Sequence record: OR413585.1 | Length of the DNA stretch: 64,000 nucleotides | Strand: one strand, 5' to 3' | In this document: positions 26,084 to 35,456 of the stretch, piece by piece | How the letters are laid out: each line of letters opens with the position of its first letter | How positions within the stretch are numbered: the first letter of the stretch is position 1 | Notes under the pieces: model-generated | What the model was told of the DNA's origin: nothing | Database searches by the model: none | What the model saw: the letters and a program-made list of their open reading frames with translations, nothing else | Translations under genes and position numbers: made by a program

Positions 26084-26614
26084 ATGCTTTTTAAATGGCT
26101 TTCAACACTCCTGCGTCGTAAGGCTGTAGAAGCTCGCAGACGCTCTTTGGAGGCTGAGTTTCATAAGAATACCCATAACACCCTGCACAGAGTGATGGTG
26201 GGCTTAGAACTCATTACAGAGCCTCTGGAATATAATGGGAAAGAATACCTTCCTTTTTCATTGCGTGGACAACTCGAATTACGTATTCGAGATTTTGACA
26301 CGTTGGTGGAGCGATTGGAATTCTTCATTTCTGAGTATAACCGTGTATCCAGTAGCAACATTCCCAATCAACGTTGGTTAGAGTTGCCTGAGGCAATCGA
26401 TAGAAAAGGAGAGAGTTCAGAACCACGATGGCTTGATCATTATTTCGGTGCATCCGATCCTGAAGTCGCGCGCGATAAACTGCGCACAGTCTTCTCTATG
26501 TTAGAACTGTATCAGCGTGCATTTGATAAACAAACACCCGAACAGGATACGCTGTTTAATCAAACCGCACATATCTTCCGCGAGTTAGAAGTGATAGTGG
26601 AACACTATCTCTAA
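26084..26614 (+). CDS. hypothetical protein
   Basis: SD AGGA; 176 aa. Confidence 0.75.
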   Translation: MLFKWLSTLLRRKAVEARRRSLEAEFHKNTHNTLHRVMVGLELITEPLEYNGKEYLPFSLRGQLELRIRDFDTLVERLEFFISEYNRVSSSNIPNQRWLELPEAIDRKGESSEPRWLDHYFGASDPEVARDKLRTVFSMLELYQRAFDKQTPEQDTLFNQTAHIFRELEVIVEHYL

Positions 26615-26647
26615 CTTTTAATCTATTCCCTTGTAACAAGGTGATGT

Positions 26648-27526
26648 ATGGATGATGAGAAAAAGCCGCCGCTGAATAGCACACGCGAGCAAATTTGGCA
26701 CGGTACGCCACCGGCGTCAGATTCCAGCTACCCGTTAAGGAAAGCTTATTGGAATCTGGTTAAGTTGATGGGTATTAGCGACGGGATATGGAAAGACCTT
26801 ATCCGTCAACATGTCAACGACCCGGAGTATCTGAAACAGTTTCGCGACAGCAAACTGACCACGATGACCGACCGCGTTAACCGGCTGAACACCTCACTTA
26901 CGGGTGGTTCGGTACGTAACCTGACAGTCGATTTTACGTGGAAACGTTTCATCGAGGGATTAGTTATCCTGGAGATGCAAACGCTAACAGTCACCCTGCT
27001 GACTAAGCGGGGAAGCTTTGACACGAAGTGTTTTGTATTCGACAGTACGTTTGTGCGTGAGGACTTCATTAAGAACTTACGTAATGAGAACAGGAAGAAA
27101 CGTAAAGAGCGTTTCGAGCATCCTGCATCTTACGACGTTAACGAGTATGTCGCGAACATCGACCACACTATCGAACATGTGATGAAGCACATTCTCCTGC
27201 GTTTAATCTACAAAGTTATTCGTGGGTATAAAATCGATGGTGATAAACTGGAACGGTGGACGACGAACTACGTCAACAACCCTAAGTTGTGCCCAGGCAC
27301 ATCATCCAAACGTGGGGACAGACGAAACAACATGAAACAGGCGATGCGTCACACCGAGGCAATCACCTGGCGTTGGTTTCTAATAATCTTACAAGCGCTG
27401 GACGTACGCGAGTTCGAAATCACTTTCAAAGTTCGTCATCGTAGTGGTAGAGAATATGAGGTCAGCGACGACGTTCCGTTAGCGACGTATAGATTCTGGA
27501 GTTCCAATGAAACTGAACAACCTTGA
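26648..27526 (+). CDS. protein with an internally duplicated domain
   Basis: two halves share L..L.......I....W/L......YVNDP/YVNNP...DR.N.....FTWKRF/ITWRWF...L..L. Confidence 0.75.
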   Translation: MDDEKKPPLNSTREQIWHGTPPASDSSYPLRKAYWNLVKLMGISDGIWKDLIRQHVNDPEYLKQFRDSKLTTMTDRVNRLNTSLTGGSVRNLTVDFTWKRFIEGLVILEMQTLTVTLLTKRGSFDTKCFVFDSTFVREDFIKNLRNENRKKRKERFEHPASYDVNEYVANIDHTIEHVMKHILLRLIYKVIRGYKIDGDKLERWTTNYVNNPKLCPGTSSKRGDRRNNMKQAMRHTEAITWRWFLIILQALDVREFEITFKVRHRSGREYEVSDDVPLATYRFWSSNETEQP

Positions 27527-28781
27527 TGGGATTACCAACCAGATAAGCAGCACAACGGGCGCAATAGAGAACAAAGTTAACGATGTTCAAAACCGTGTCC
27601 AGTCAACGATTGGTAATGCCGAGCGCGGTATTGAAAGTGCTCAAAATTTGTACAATAACGTAACCGCCAAAGCAGGGGAAACTTTCGACAAGATCTCCAA
27701 CATTGGCAACACGATAAGTGAAAAATTTGGTAACGTGTTCGGGGGTGGCGACCAAGTCACGGTAGGTGGTAAAAAGGCAGCAGGTTCAGCGGCTTCCGGA
27801 GTATCGCCGCCTCAACGTGTGCCTACTTTTGCTTCCAACACGAAAGAAGCGCTGCCAGTTATCGATCCACAGAAGCGCGATGTGTCCGAACCCTTTCAGA
27901 AGGTAAACCAGGAAGGGAAAACTGCACTGAGCTATCTCTCACCGGGCGGCGCAGGTAGTCTGTTAAGTAAGGGATGGGATACACTGACTGATCTTCGCGA
28001 TAGCGCTTTAAGCGCGGTCGGGACAGATTATGCGTCAGTGAAAGCTCGCCTGGAGTCCACGATGAACATCGCGGGACAGCTTGCCAAACTGCCTGGTGAG
28101 GTACAGCGTGAAATCGGTAACTACGTCGATATGGCCAATAGCGCCAAGTGGCAAGTCACCGCACTGATTGATGATGTTACGCACACGTTTGATAGCTTTA
28201 AGGACCTGGACGACTTCTTGTCTATCGACGGGATCATTGATAGCTTTACGGGCGGGAGTGGGAATTTCTCCTCGCTGGATATCAACACCTCGTCCGCGTT
28301 GATATACGGTATGTCCACAAAGCTCAATCAATACGGTCTGCCGAATCGCATCGATCCGATGATTCAGGCTATCACCGATCCTATTGCACAACAAGCGTTG
28401 TACGGCGAACTGATGATACAGGCTGCGGCTGCGGGCAATCTCAATTCTGTTGAGTATTACTTGCCTAAACTACAGCCAGGTCAAGGTGCTGAGATTGCAG
28501 ATACTGTTATTCAGAATCTTCTGATGAACCTTAACGTTGAGCCGGGTGTGGGTTACAGCACCTACGGTCAGCGACTGTTAACGTTGTTTAATGCGCTTAA
28601 TCCTAACTGGGATATCTCTAAAACGAATCCTGGAATGGTTGAGCTTAAGCTTTATACGTACGCCAACAGTAATGCGATTCAAGCGCTCCTGACCACCGAG
28701 AAACGTCCGTACGTTATCGCCGGTGGTAGTGTCCAATATCAGTCTGCCAGTACGCTGGTGCAGAGCTATTTCGCCTTGTAA
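27507..28781 (+). CDS. putative virion structural protein
   Basis: 424 aa, N/Q/S/T-rich helical N-terminus; synteny five genes after beta-C as recalled for SPN3US. Confidence 0.6.
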   Translation: MKLNNLDGITNQISSTTGAIENKVNDVQNRVQSTIGNAERGIESAQNLYNNVTAKAGETFDKISNIGNTISEKFGNVFGGGDQVTVGGKKAAGSAASGVSPPQRVPTFASNTKEALPVIDPQKRDVSEPFQKVNQEGKTALSYLSPGGAGSLLSKGWDTLTDLRDSALSAVGTDYASVKARLESTMNIAGQLAKLPGEVQREIGNYVDMANSAKWQVTALIDDVTHTFDSFKDLDDFLSIDGIIDSFTGGSGNFSSLDINTSSALIYGMSTKLNQYGLPNRIDPMIQAITDPIAQQALYGELMIQAAAAGNLNSVEYYLPKLQPGQGAEIADTVIQNLLMNLNVEPGVGYSTYGQRLLTLFNALNPNWDISKTNPGMVELKLYTYANSNAIQALLTTEKRPYVIAGGSVQYQSASTLVQSYFAL

Positions 28782-28790
28782 GGTACCTCT

Positions 28791-29642
28791 ATGTCGAAAG
28801 ATGAAGGTAAGTTTTTGCGTAGTGCGTTGGAACGTCTACGTGTCGATGGTGCATCGGTGGATGCTTTGGCGGCTGCTTTTGGGTTTACGTTGCCCGCCTC
28901 GGCAGAAACCACATATCCTGTTTTACGTCCCATCCTCCCACCAGAAGAAAAGGAAGCCTTTGTACGCTATTTACTGCGTATGGGTTACCAGAGTACCTTG
29001 GTGGATATCACGCCGTCTACAGACGGTCTGAATCACTTCAACATCTATTCGCAGGGGCGAACTGAGATAGGTCGAATGGCGAGCAACTTTTATGCTCGCC
29101 CTGGTGAGTATTTTGTTACCCCCCACGGACCTTTCCGGACGCTCGAAGGTTATTATCATTACCTGCGTATTCTGGATTACTTAATGCGTGAAATTGATAA
29201 CCGCACTTTGGTGATGGAATTTGATATCATGCGACAAGCGGTGAACACCTGGCCAGATATTGAGAAGTTACGTGCGCTAGATGGCACCGACTGTATCCGG
29301 TTAGGCCGTAATCTGAAAGCGGAAATCTACGGAGGAACCAGTTATAAGCCCGGTTCATTTACCCCGGTTACAGAAAGCCGTTTTATCCATGCGCTGGTAA
29401 ATAAGCTCTTTATACTGTCGGTCGACGGGACTTCGTTAGGTAATGTGTTTGCGGAGATTCTGCGGGCACGTATCCCGCTTAAGCATTATTACATGATGCA
29501 AGGGCGTAAGATATTCCCGGCACACTGGGACTGGCTACCAAATCTGATTGAGATGATAGCCGAACATATCGATCCTGAGGACAGTACGTTTGATCGAACC
29601 GAACTTTTGAAGAAACTAGGAATCGACGATGGGACTATTTGA
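28791..29642 (+). CDS. NADAR-like protein
   Basis: FNIYSQGRTEIGRMASNFY..FVTPHGPFRTLEGYYHYL resembles NADAR/YbiA SNF..PF..G..F..EG/EH. Confidence 0.5.
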   Translation: MSKDEGKFLRSALERLRVDGASVDALAAAFGFTLPASAETTYPVLRPILPPEEKEAFVRYLLRMGYQSTLVDITPSTDGLNHFNIYSQGRTEIGRMASNFYARPGEYFVTPHGPFRTLEGYYHYLRILDYLMREIDNRTLVMEFDIMRQAVNTWPDIEKLRALDGTDCIRLGRNLKAEIYGGTSYKPGSFTPVTESRFIHALVNKLFILSVDGTSLGNVFAEILRARIPLKHYYMMQGRKIFPAHWDWLPNLIEMIAEHIDPEDSTFDRTELLKKLGIDDGTI

Positions 29643-30288
29643 TATTCTCAAAAACCTCGACGAGCAGCAGGAAAAAGAAGTCATTACTGTTGCGCGTGAG
29701 TCCATCTCTACGGAGAAGGAACGTGAGTATTGCATGTGGGTTAAACCCACTGAAGAAGGTTGGCAATGGCTGTTTGGTCAAACAGGTGAAACGTTCCTGG
29801 ATGTCATCATGCCGGTCGTTAACGGCAAACGTCGTGTGCGGTTGTCCACCGATAAAACCGCAGTCTTAACGTTAAAACAACAAGCATCTGATGGTCGTAT
29901 CGAAGAGAACTCGGATATCGGGTTTGCTTCCGGTCTGACCTTCTACGAAGATGGCAATCTTGCACATCTCGTGCGTCGTATCAAACTCGAGCCAGGCGAG
30001 CTGGCAGAGCAAGGTGCGAAGCATTGGGATATCGACTTGTTCTTTAAACTGGCAGGTCACCCAGTTATCGAATCGCAGGCAGGGTTTGAAGACCTTGTCA
30101 ACGAACTGCGCGACTCCACTACATTCGGCGAGTGGGTAAAAGTCGAACTGGAAGTTGAGCGATTTGAGCTGACGTCTATCAAGGATGTATTGCCGTTTGC
30201 GGTAGAAGACGCTATTCCAGGCAATCCTTCTAACCCTGATGACCAAGAAGTCATTCGGAACTACTGGGATAATGAAACTCGCATCTAA
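29629..30288 (+). CDS. putative virion protein, CYTH-like
   Basis: N-terminal EKEREY (ExE), R.R and LKQ, EENS, later K.R/D.D/E.E pattern recalls a CYTH tunnel fold; virion role from synteny. Confidence 0.45.
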   Translation: MGLFDILKNLDEQQEKEVITVARESISTEKEREYCMWVKPTEEGWQWLFGQTGETFLDVIMPVVNGKRRVRLSTDKTAVLTLKQQASDGRIEENSDIGFASGLTFYEDGNLAHLVRRIKLEPGELAEQGAKHWDIDLFFKLAGHPVIESQAGFEDLVNELRDSTTFGEWVKVELEVERFELTSIKDVLPFAVEDAIPGNPSNPDDQEVIRNYWDNETRI

Positions 30289-30292
30289 GTCG

Positions 30293-30328
30293 TACCCTCT
30301 CCTTCGGGAGAGGGTATCTTCATTTTTT
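30293..30328 (+). terminator. intrinsic terminator
   Basis: TACCCTCTCC-TTCG-GGAGAGGGTA plus T-tract. Confidence 0.8.
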
Positions 30329-30346
30329 ATCTTAAGGAGTATGTAA

Positions 30347-30709
30347 ATGCAAATCGGCTTCTTCTTTAATCGTCACGGAATCGTGTTTGTTTGTGGTGTT
30401 CCGGATAGTGACGGGAGACGTGTACGCACGCTGGAACTAGACGAAACATCTATGGTCGAGTGGAAAGAGAAACTTGCTCCCTTCGCAGAAGGTAAGTTTC
30501 AACTATTGCGACTCTACACGCAAGCTGCGTCGCCACGCGTTGCTTTCTCCCGACATGGAGACGGCGAAGACACCACACATCTGGTTATCTTCAGTGGGCA
30601 GCCTGGTCGTGTATTGTGCGAATTATTGATGGGATTCAACCCGCCTAGCAAGCCCAGGATGAATACGTACAATGTGCATGACAGTAGTCAAATTCTTATT
30701 CTTCGATAA
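30347..30709 (+). CDS. hypothetical protein
   Basis: SD AAGGAG. Confidence 0.75.
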   Translation: MQIGFFFNRHGIVFVCGVPDSDGRRVRTLELDETSMVEWKEKLAPFAEGKFQLLRLYTQAASPRVAFSRHGDGEDTTHLVIFSGQPGRVLCELLMGFNPPSKPRMNTYNVHDSSQILILR

Positions 30710-30759
30710 TTTACGGCCGCGGCTGTACGTATGTGAATCACCCACAAGGAGTATATATC

Positions 30760-31056
30760 ATGCAGACCAACGATCCCGTTAACGATTACATCGACCAATG
30801 CATCGATGCTGCAATCGTTTTAAAGAAACATTTTCCTGAGCAGAAAGAGCGTAATTTCTGGATGCCGTTTAAAACGCTGTACCCGAAACGTCAGCGTATC
30901 ACCGAAAAGATGTGCAACGACATCATCTCTGTTCTATCGGCCCGAAAAATCGATTACAAAAGACCTGAAATTGCCGATGGTTTTATTATTACCATAAACC
31001 TAGTAAAAAACGCGTTAACCGTAAAACAGGCAACTAGTGCGCTGAAAGAGGATTAA
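30760..31056 (+). CDS. hypothetical protein
   Basis: ATG 30760 with SD AAGGAG. Confidence 0.7.
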   Translation: MQTNDPVNDYIDQCIDAAIVLKKHFPEQKERNFWMPFKTLYPKRQRITEKMCNDIISVLSARKIDYKRPEIADGFIITINLVKNALTVKQATSALKED

Positions 31057-31062
31057 ACAACA

Positions 31063-31485
31063 ATGAACAATATAGCATTTACGAAAGACGTTGGCTTACT
31101 TCTGAACAACACCATCATCGCTGGCACTAATAACGCTAACTGGGAAGCGTTAGCAGAGCGGCTCAAAGACAAACCAGTGAAGATTGTGGTAACGAGCGAG
31201 CTGCCGTTAAACGGCACGATGGCCGACTGTGGTCCAATGTTTGCGGCGTTTAACATCGACTATGATTGCGGCTCCGCTTTCTTACAAAACGCAGCGTTAC
31301 GTAGCCGTCTGTACAGCTGGCGTTTGCTGGGTCCGGTAAGTAAGGCCGCTGGCCAGATGGTTAACCAGGGCACACCGATGTCAGGTGTAGAAGACCAGAC
31401 TATCGCCGTTGTGGTTTCTCGTGCAGGAGGACAACTTAACTTCGCAATCTGCTACGCGTATCAGGAGGAGGAAGCCTGTGTTTAG
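31063..31485 (+). CDS. hypothetical protein
   Basis: SD GAGGA; 140 aa. Confidence 0.75.
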   Translation: MNNIAFTKDVGLLLNNTIIAGTNNANWEALAERLKDKPVKIVVTSELPLNGTMADCGPMFAAFNIDYDCGSAFLQNAALRSRLYSWRLLGPVSKAAGQMVNQGTPMSGVEDQTIAVVVSRAGGQLNFAICYAYQEEEACV

Positions 31486-32347
31486 TATCATTCAGCAAGT
31501 TCAAGCGGTCGAAGAGTGGTTTCGCAAGACGGATATCTACCAACAGAAAGCGACTGAGCGTCAGTTGGTAAAGTATTACGTCACACTCGGCAAGATCTCG
31601 GCAGGTGTCGATGAACTGGATAACCTAAAGGTGGCTGCCGGTATCGGCGAATCGATTTGGACATTTGCTGCGCTTCTACACCTCGGCCCACATTCTAACC
31701 TCGGCGATATTATCGTTCCGCTGAGTGATGCGGTGTCTGTTCGTACTACAACTGGCACGAAAGAAGGACAACTGCAGCAGCTCATGTTAATTGCAGTCGA
31801 GACCGTTAGTGTTGTTTTGCGTGAACCAGAACCTGACCCTAAGAGTTATAGCGCGCTGCTTCGTAAGTTGATGAGACAGTATCAATTGTTGGCGTGTCGT
31901 TGCGGGCTGGAGTTTGACCGTGTTGTTTTTAATGGCCATCGTAAGCTCGTTAAGACGCCTGAAACGACAAGCACGCTCGGCGAACTGCTTAAAGCAACGT
32001 TGCCGTTACCCGACGACGATTTGGCGAAACAAACCTATCAGGCGGTGTACAAAACCAACGAGTCAGTTCACGACATTATTGTAAATTGCCTTTTGGCCAC
32101 ATCGAATGATTTACAAGCCGAACATAACGGTGAAGTCGCCATGCCGCAGCTATTGCTGCGGATGGAGGACATTATGAACGAAAAGCTGCAAGAGCTTCTC
32201 AAGGCGCACTTTGAACCGTGGATAGTAAGAAAACAAATGTTGTTCAATCGTAACCCTCGCGTTGATGTTAAGTTCGATGGTAACGCCGTAAACATTTGCG
32301 CGAACGACGATTTAAGAGACATTTTGAATTTATTGAAAGGAAAATAA
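31478..32347 (+). CDS. protein with a degenerate MazG-like N-terminal domain
   Basis: GTG 31478 with SD AGGAGG; [26 protein letters not shown] mimics MazG but lacks the EE.GE acidic residues. Confidence 0.5.
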   Translation: MFSIIQQVQAVEEWFRKTDIYQQKATERQLVKYYVTLGKISAGVDELDNLKVAAGIGESIWTFAALLHLGPHSNLGDIIVPLSDAVSVRTTTGTKEGQLQQLMLIAVETVSVVLREPEPDPKSYSALLRKLMRQYQLLACRCGLEFDRVVFNGHRKLVKTPETTSTLGELLKATLPLPDDDLAKQTYQAVYKTNESVHDIIVNCLLATSNDLQAEHNGEVAMPQLLLRMEDIMNEKLQELLKAHFEPWIVRKQMLFNRNPRVDVKFDGNAVNICANDDLRDILNLLKGK

Positions 32348-32349
32348 TT

Positions 32350-33387
32350 GTGAAACAATATCTTGAGACGATGCAGAATATTCTGGATGAAGGGCATGTT
32401 AAAGGCGATCGTACTGGGACAGGGACGCTCTCCGTCTTTGGTCGCCAAATGCGTTTTGATTTGCGCAAAGGTTTCCCGCTAGTCACGACTAAGAAACTCC
32501 ACCTGCGTTCTATTATTCACGAACTGCTGTGGTTCCTTAGTGGCGATACCAACACCAAATATCTGGAAGATAACGGCGTTACCATTTGGCGGGAGTGGCA
32601 AGATGAAAATGGGAACCTTGGCCCCCTGTATGGGGAACAGTGGAGACGTTGGAAAGATGTGAAACTGGTGCCTAAGAAAAATGCAGCTTTACTCGAGAAA
32701 CTGCAAGATGCAGGATACGTGGATTATGGCGACGCGGACGACGGTTCACAAATGTTCGATGCGCGTGTACTTCTGAAACTGCACGACCAAATCTCTAAGG
32801 TGATTGACCAACTGCGTAACGATCCTGACAGTCGCCGTATTATTGTCAGCGCATGGAACGTGGGTGAGTTGGATCAAATGGCGTTAGCTCCGTGTCATGC
32901 GTTCTTTCAGTTCTACACTCGTGAGCTGTCTATCGACGAGCGTCTTGATTGGTTTGAAAAGAACCTTCCAGATCAATTTAACGATTCCCGCTTTAGTAAT
33001 GAAGCTGTAGCAGATGACGCAGTGTTCCACGTTGAGATGGACGCACTTGAAATACCTCGCCGCATTCTTTCATGTCAGCTGTATGCACGTTCCCAAGACT
33101 TCTTCCTGGGAACACCGTTCAACATCGCGTCTTACGCATTACTCGTACACATGGTAGCTCAGCAAGTTAACATGGTTCCAGGCGATTTCGTTTGGAGTGG
33201 TGGTGACGTACATCTGTACTCCAACCATCTGGAGCAGGCCAAGCTGCAGCTGACGCGTGAGCCGTTACCTTTACCGAAACTGATCATCAAGCGTAAACCG
33301 GAATCTATCTTCGATTATAAATTCGAAGATTTTGAGATCGTTGGGTATCAGTCTCATGAAAAAATATCTGCGCCTGTCGCTATCTAA
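32350..33387 (+). CDS. thyA: thymidylate synthase
   Basis: [62 protein letters not shown]; GTG start 32350. Confidence 0.97.
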   Translation: MKQYLETMQNILDEGHVKGDRTGTGTLSVFGRQMRFDLRKGFPLVTTKKLHLRSIIHELLWFLSGDTNTKYLEDNGVTIWREWQDENGNLGPLYGEQWRRWKDVKLVPKKNAALLEKLQDAGYVDYGDADDGSQMFDARVLLKLHDQISKVIDQLRNDPDSRRIIVSAWNVGELDQMALAPCHAFFQFYTRELSIDERLDWFEKNLPDQFNDSRFSNEAVADDAVFHVEMDALEIPRRILSCQLYARSQDFFLGTPFNIASYALLVHMVAQQVNMVPGDFVWSGGDVHLYSNHLEQAKLQLTREPLPLPKLIIKRKPESIFDYKFEDFEIVGYQSHEKISAPVAI

Positions 33388-33399
33388 TTAGGAGCGTTT

Positions 33400-33936
33400 A
33401 TGGTTGACAACGTCGTTCCATTCAAACCTAAAGTGGTGGTTGCTACGGACGAACCGCCGTTTATTCCTGTCAATGGACAGAAGATCATCGAGTTTCCAGA
33501 CGAGCATCGTGGGCAATTGCACGTTCCACAACCGGACGGGACGATGAAAGCTATCGGTTTCCCGATAGCTGAACAAGAATGGTGGACGCTTCTGGCCATC
33601 CAGATGATGTCGCGTGGTCTGGGTGTGTCTACGGAACCTGTCGTTCGCATTAATACCGACCCGTATATCCACGAACAAGGCAGTTGGATGGAACGACGTC
33701 GGACAATGGAGATGCAGATTAGCAAAGAAACGCTTTTGCAAATCGCAGAATCCACACCTTTCATCCTGACCTCATCTTTTAACGGGGATATGGATGAAGA
33801 CCTCTACATGCACCTTTCAGGCTTAGCAGCTGAGCACCGTATTGCAGAAGAAGAGCCTATCTATACCGAAGCGATGATTATCCATCCGACCGGCTTAGAA
33901 GGTAATACCTTTAAACTGATTTGGGTGGAGCTATGA
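33400..33936 (+). CDS. hypothetical protein
   Basis: SD AGGAG; 178 aa. Confidence 0.75.
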   Translation: MVDNVVPFKPKVVVATDEPPFIPVNGQKIIEFPDEHRGQLHVPQPDGTMKAIGFPIAEQEWWTLLAIQMMSRGLGVSTEPVVRINTDPYIHEQGSWMERRRTMEMQISKETLLQIAESTPFILTSSFNGDMDEDLYMHLSGLAAEHRIAEEEPIYTEAMIIHPTGLEGNTFKLIWVEL

Positions 33937-34184
33937 CTGACCGACTCAGTAAAACAATTCGACTACCACAACAGCGTAATGTTCGCAAAGGCGATGTTTT
34001 CACGGCGGAAGAATGGGTTGCATTAAAGGCCCTGTTTCCGGACGAAACCGATTCGCATGTCGTCCAAATGGCATTGAAAGAGTTTGCAAAGAACGCTCCT
34101 GAAATGCTGCTGCGTAAGAAAGAAGAAGAACTGAATATGCTCCGTAACAGCGTAGACGTTCTCTTTAAAACAATGGAGAAATAA
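33933..34184 (+). CDS. small protein, possible ribbon-helix-helix
   Basis: ATGA overlap; KTIRLP..EEWVALKAL..SHVVQMALKEF followed by a coiled coil. Confidence 0.55.
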   Translation: MTDRLSKTIRLPQQRNVRKGDVFTAEEWVALKALFPDETDSHVVQMALKEFAKNAPEMLLRKKEEELNMLRNSVDVLFKTMEK

Positions 34185-34185
34185 G

Positions 34186-34953
34186 ATGATGAAACTCTTT
34201 GCGTTCTCCGATGAATTCTACACGGTGGAATTCGACGACTACGAATACGGGTTATTAGGGGCCGTCGACATGGAGGACGCTAAACGGCAGCTTCCCACTA
34301 GCGAAATAGAAATCATTGAGATTGGGGAAACTAATCTCAGTGGGATTTTGATGCTGGGGCGGCGACCACGACCTGCGGAACCTGAGCAGGAAAGAGAGCA
34401 AGCGCAAGCGATTTGTCTGGTTTATGAGCCGATAGACCCTGCAGCGATAGCGAAGGTGGTCGATACACTACGGCCACAGATTGGCGTCGCGATTGAAAAT
34501 TATCGCTGGGCTCGTTTCTCAGGCGATACGCCGATATTTTCGAATAAGCACTGGTTGCTGTGTATCAACAACGACACGATAATGGTACCGTTAACAGGGG
34601 AGAAGAATTTTGAAGATAACTTCGTCCCTGGCGAAGAGTCTGTTATCTTCGAGTATACCCATGTTATCGGAAAGCCGAGCTTCTACCAAGTTCTGATTGA
34701 TGTCTTGACTCACGTCGGTCGAACCATCGAATACCACTACTGGGCACGCCAGGCGCGTTCTAAATGGTTCTCGTTGACGTACGTCGAAGGTTGGGAACGT
34801 GTTGTTGAAAAGATTGACGGGCGCTATGAGCAGATTTGGTTCCTGAACCCGGCATTCCGTGAAGAATTACCCGCATGGGTAAAAGAAGAGGCGAGCAAGC
34901 TGACGGTTGGCTTTACTAAGCAGGGCGCGCCGTATATGGTTAACTACAAATAA
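34186..34953 (+). CDS. hypothetical protein
   Basis: SD GGAG; 255 aa. Confidence 0.75.
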   Translation: MMKLFAFSDEFYTVEFDDYEYGLLGAVDMEDAKRQLPTSEIEIIEIGETNLSGILMLGRRPRPAEPEQEREQAQAICLVYEPIDPAAIAKVVDTLRPQIGVAIENYRWARFSGDTPIFSNKHWLLCINNDTIMVPLTGEKNFEDNFVPGEESVIFEYTHVIGKPSFYQVLIDVLTHVGRTIEYHYWARQARSKWFSLTYVEGWERVVEKIDGRYEQIWFLNPAFREELPAWVKEEASKLTVGFTKQGAPYMVNYK

Positions 34954-34964
34954 GGTGAAAACAG

Positions 34965-35444
34965 ATGTCTATAACTCGGATCGATTATCGTGCCGTAGTA
35001 AAAGAACTGTCCAAAGGTCTTATCGAACTGGACTCCGATGAAGCCCGCAACTGTGGCTTCCTGCCACACATTGCACTGAGTGAGTTCCGTACCATCCGTT
35101 ATGGTGCCGGTCGTCAGAAGGGCGTTACAACACACGCCGTTGATATGTCAGCAAAGTTCCACGGCAGCGTTCTGTATCTGGTCCACAATGAATCGTTACG
35201 AAACGAAGTAGTGGAGAAGTTCCATGAAAAGGCTGCCGGGAACGGTTGGTTGACCGTGCACTGTAACTACTTGCCTGAGGGTTGGAAACACGCGACGGGT
35301 GCTGGTATATCCGGCTACGAGAAATTCGGCTTGGTTATTGTCGACGAAGCGGGTTTCTTCTTCAACAAGTTCAGTTACGATAAAATCTATCGCAGTCTGG
35401 TCGACGTAGTAACGCCAGACGTTGTGATTCACCTGATTAATTAA
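34965..35444 (+). CDS. stand-alone single P-loop ATPase-like domain
   Basis: GAGRQKGVTT (Walker A with Lys to Val), VLYLVHN (motif Ia), LVIVDEA (Walker B). Confidence 0.6.
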   Translation: MSITRIDYRAVVKELSKGLIELDSDEARNCGFLPHIALSEFRTIRYGAGRQKGVTTHAVDMSAKFHGSVLYLVHNESLRNEVVEKFHEKAAGNGWLTVHCNYLPEGWKHATGAGISGYEKFGLVIVDEAGFFFNKFSYDKIYRSLVDVVTPDVVIHLIN

Positions 35445-35456
35445 GTAGAGGAAAGT

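Noticed and set aside
30712-30727. Near-palindrome TACGGCCGCGGCTGTA
   Set aside because: Single occurrence with no U-tract or second copy; function not supportable
32350-33387. ThyA as a dCMP/dUMP hydroxymethylase for modified DNA
   Set aside because: The Asn in PFN and all canonical ThyA motifs are present, and no modification genes lie nearby
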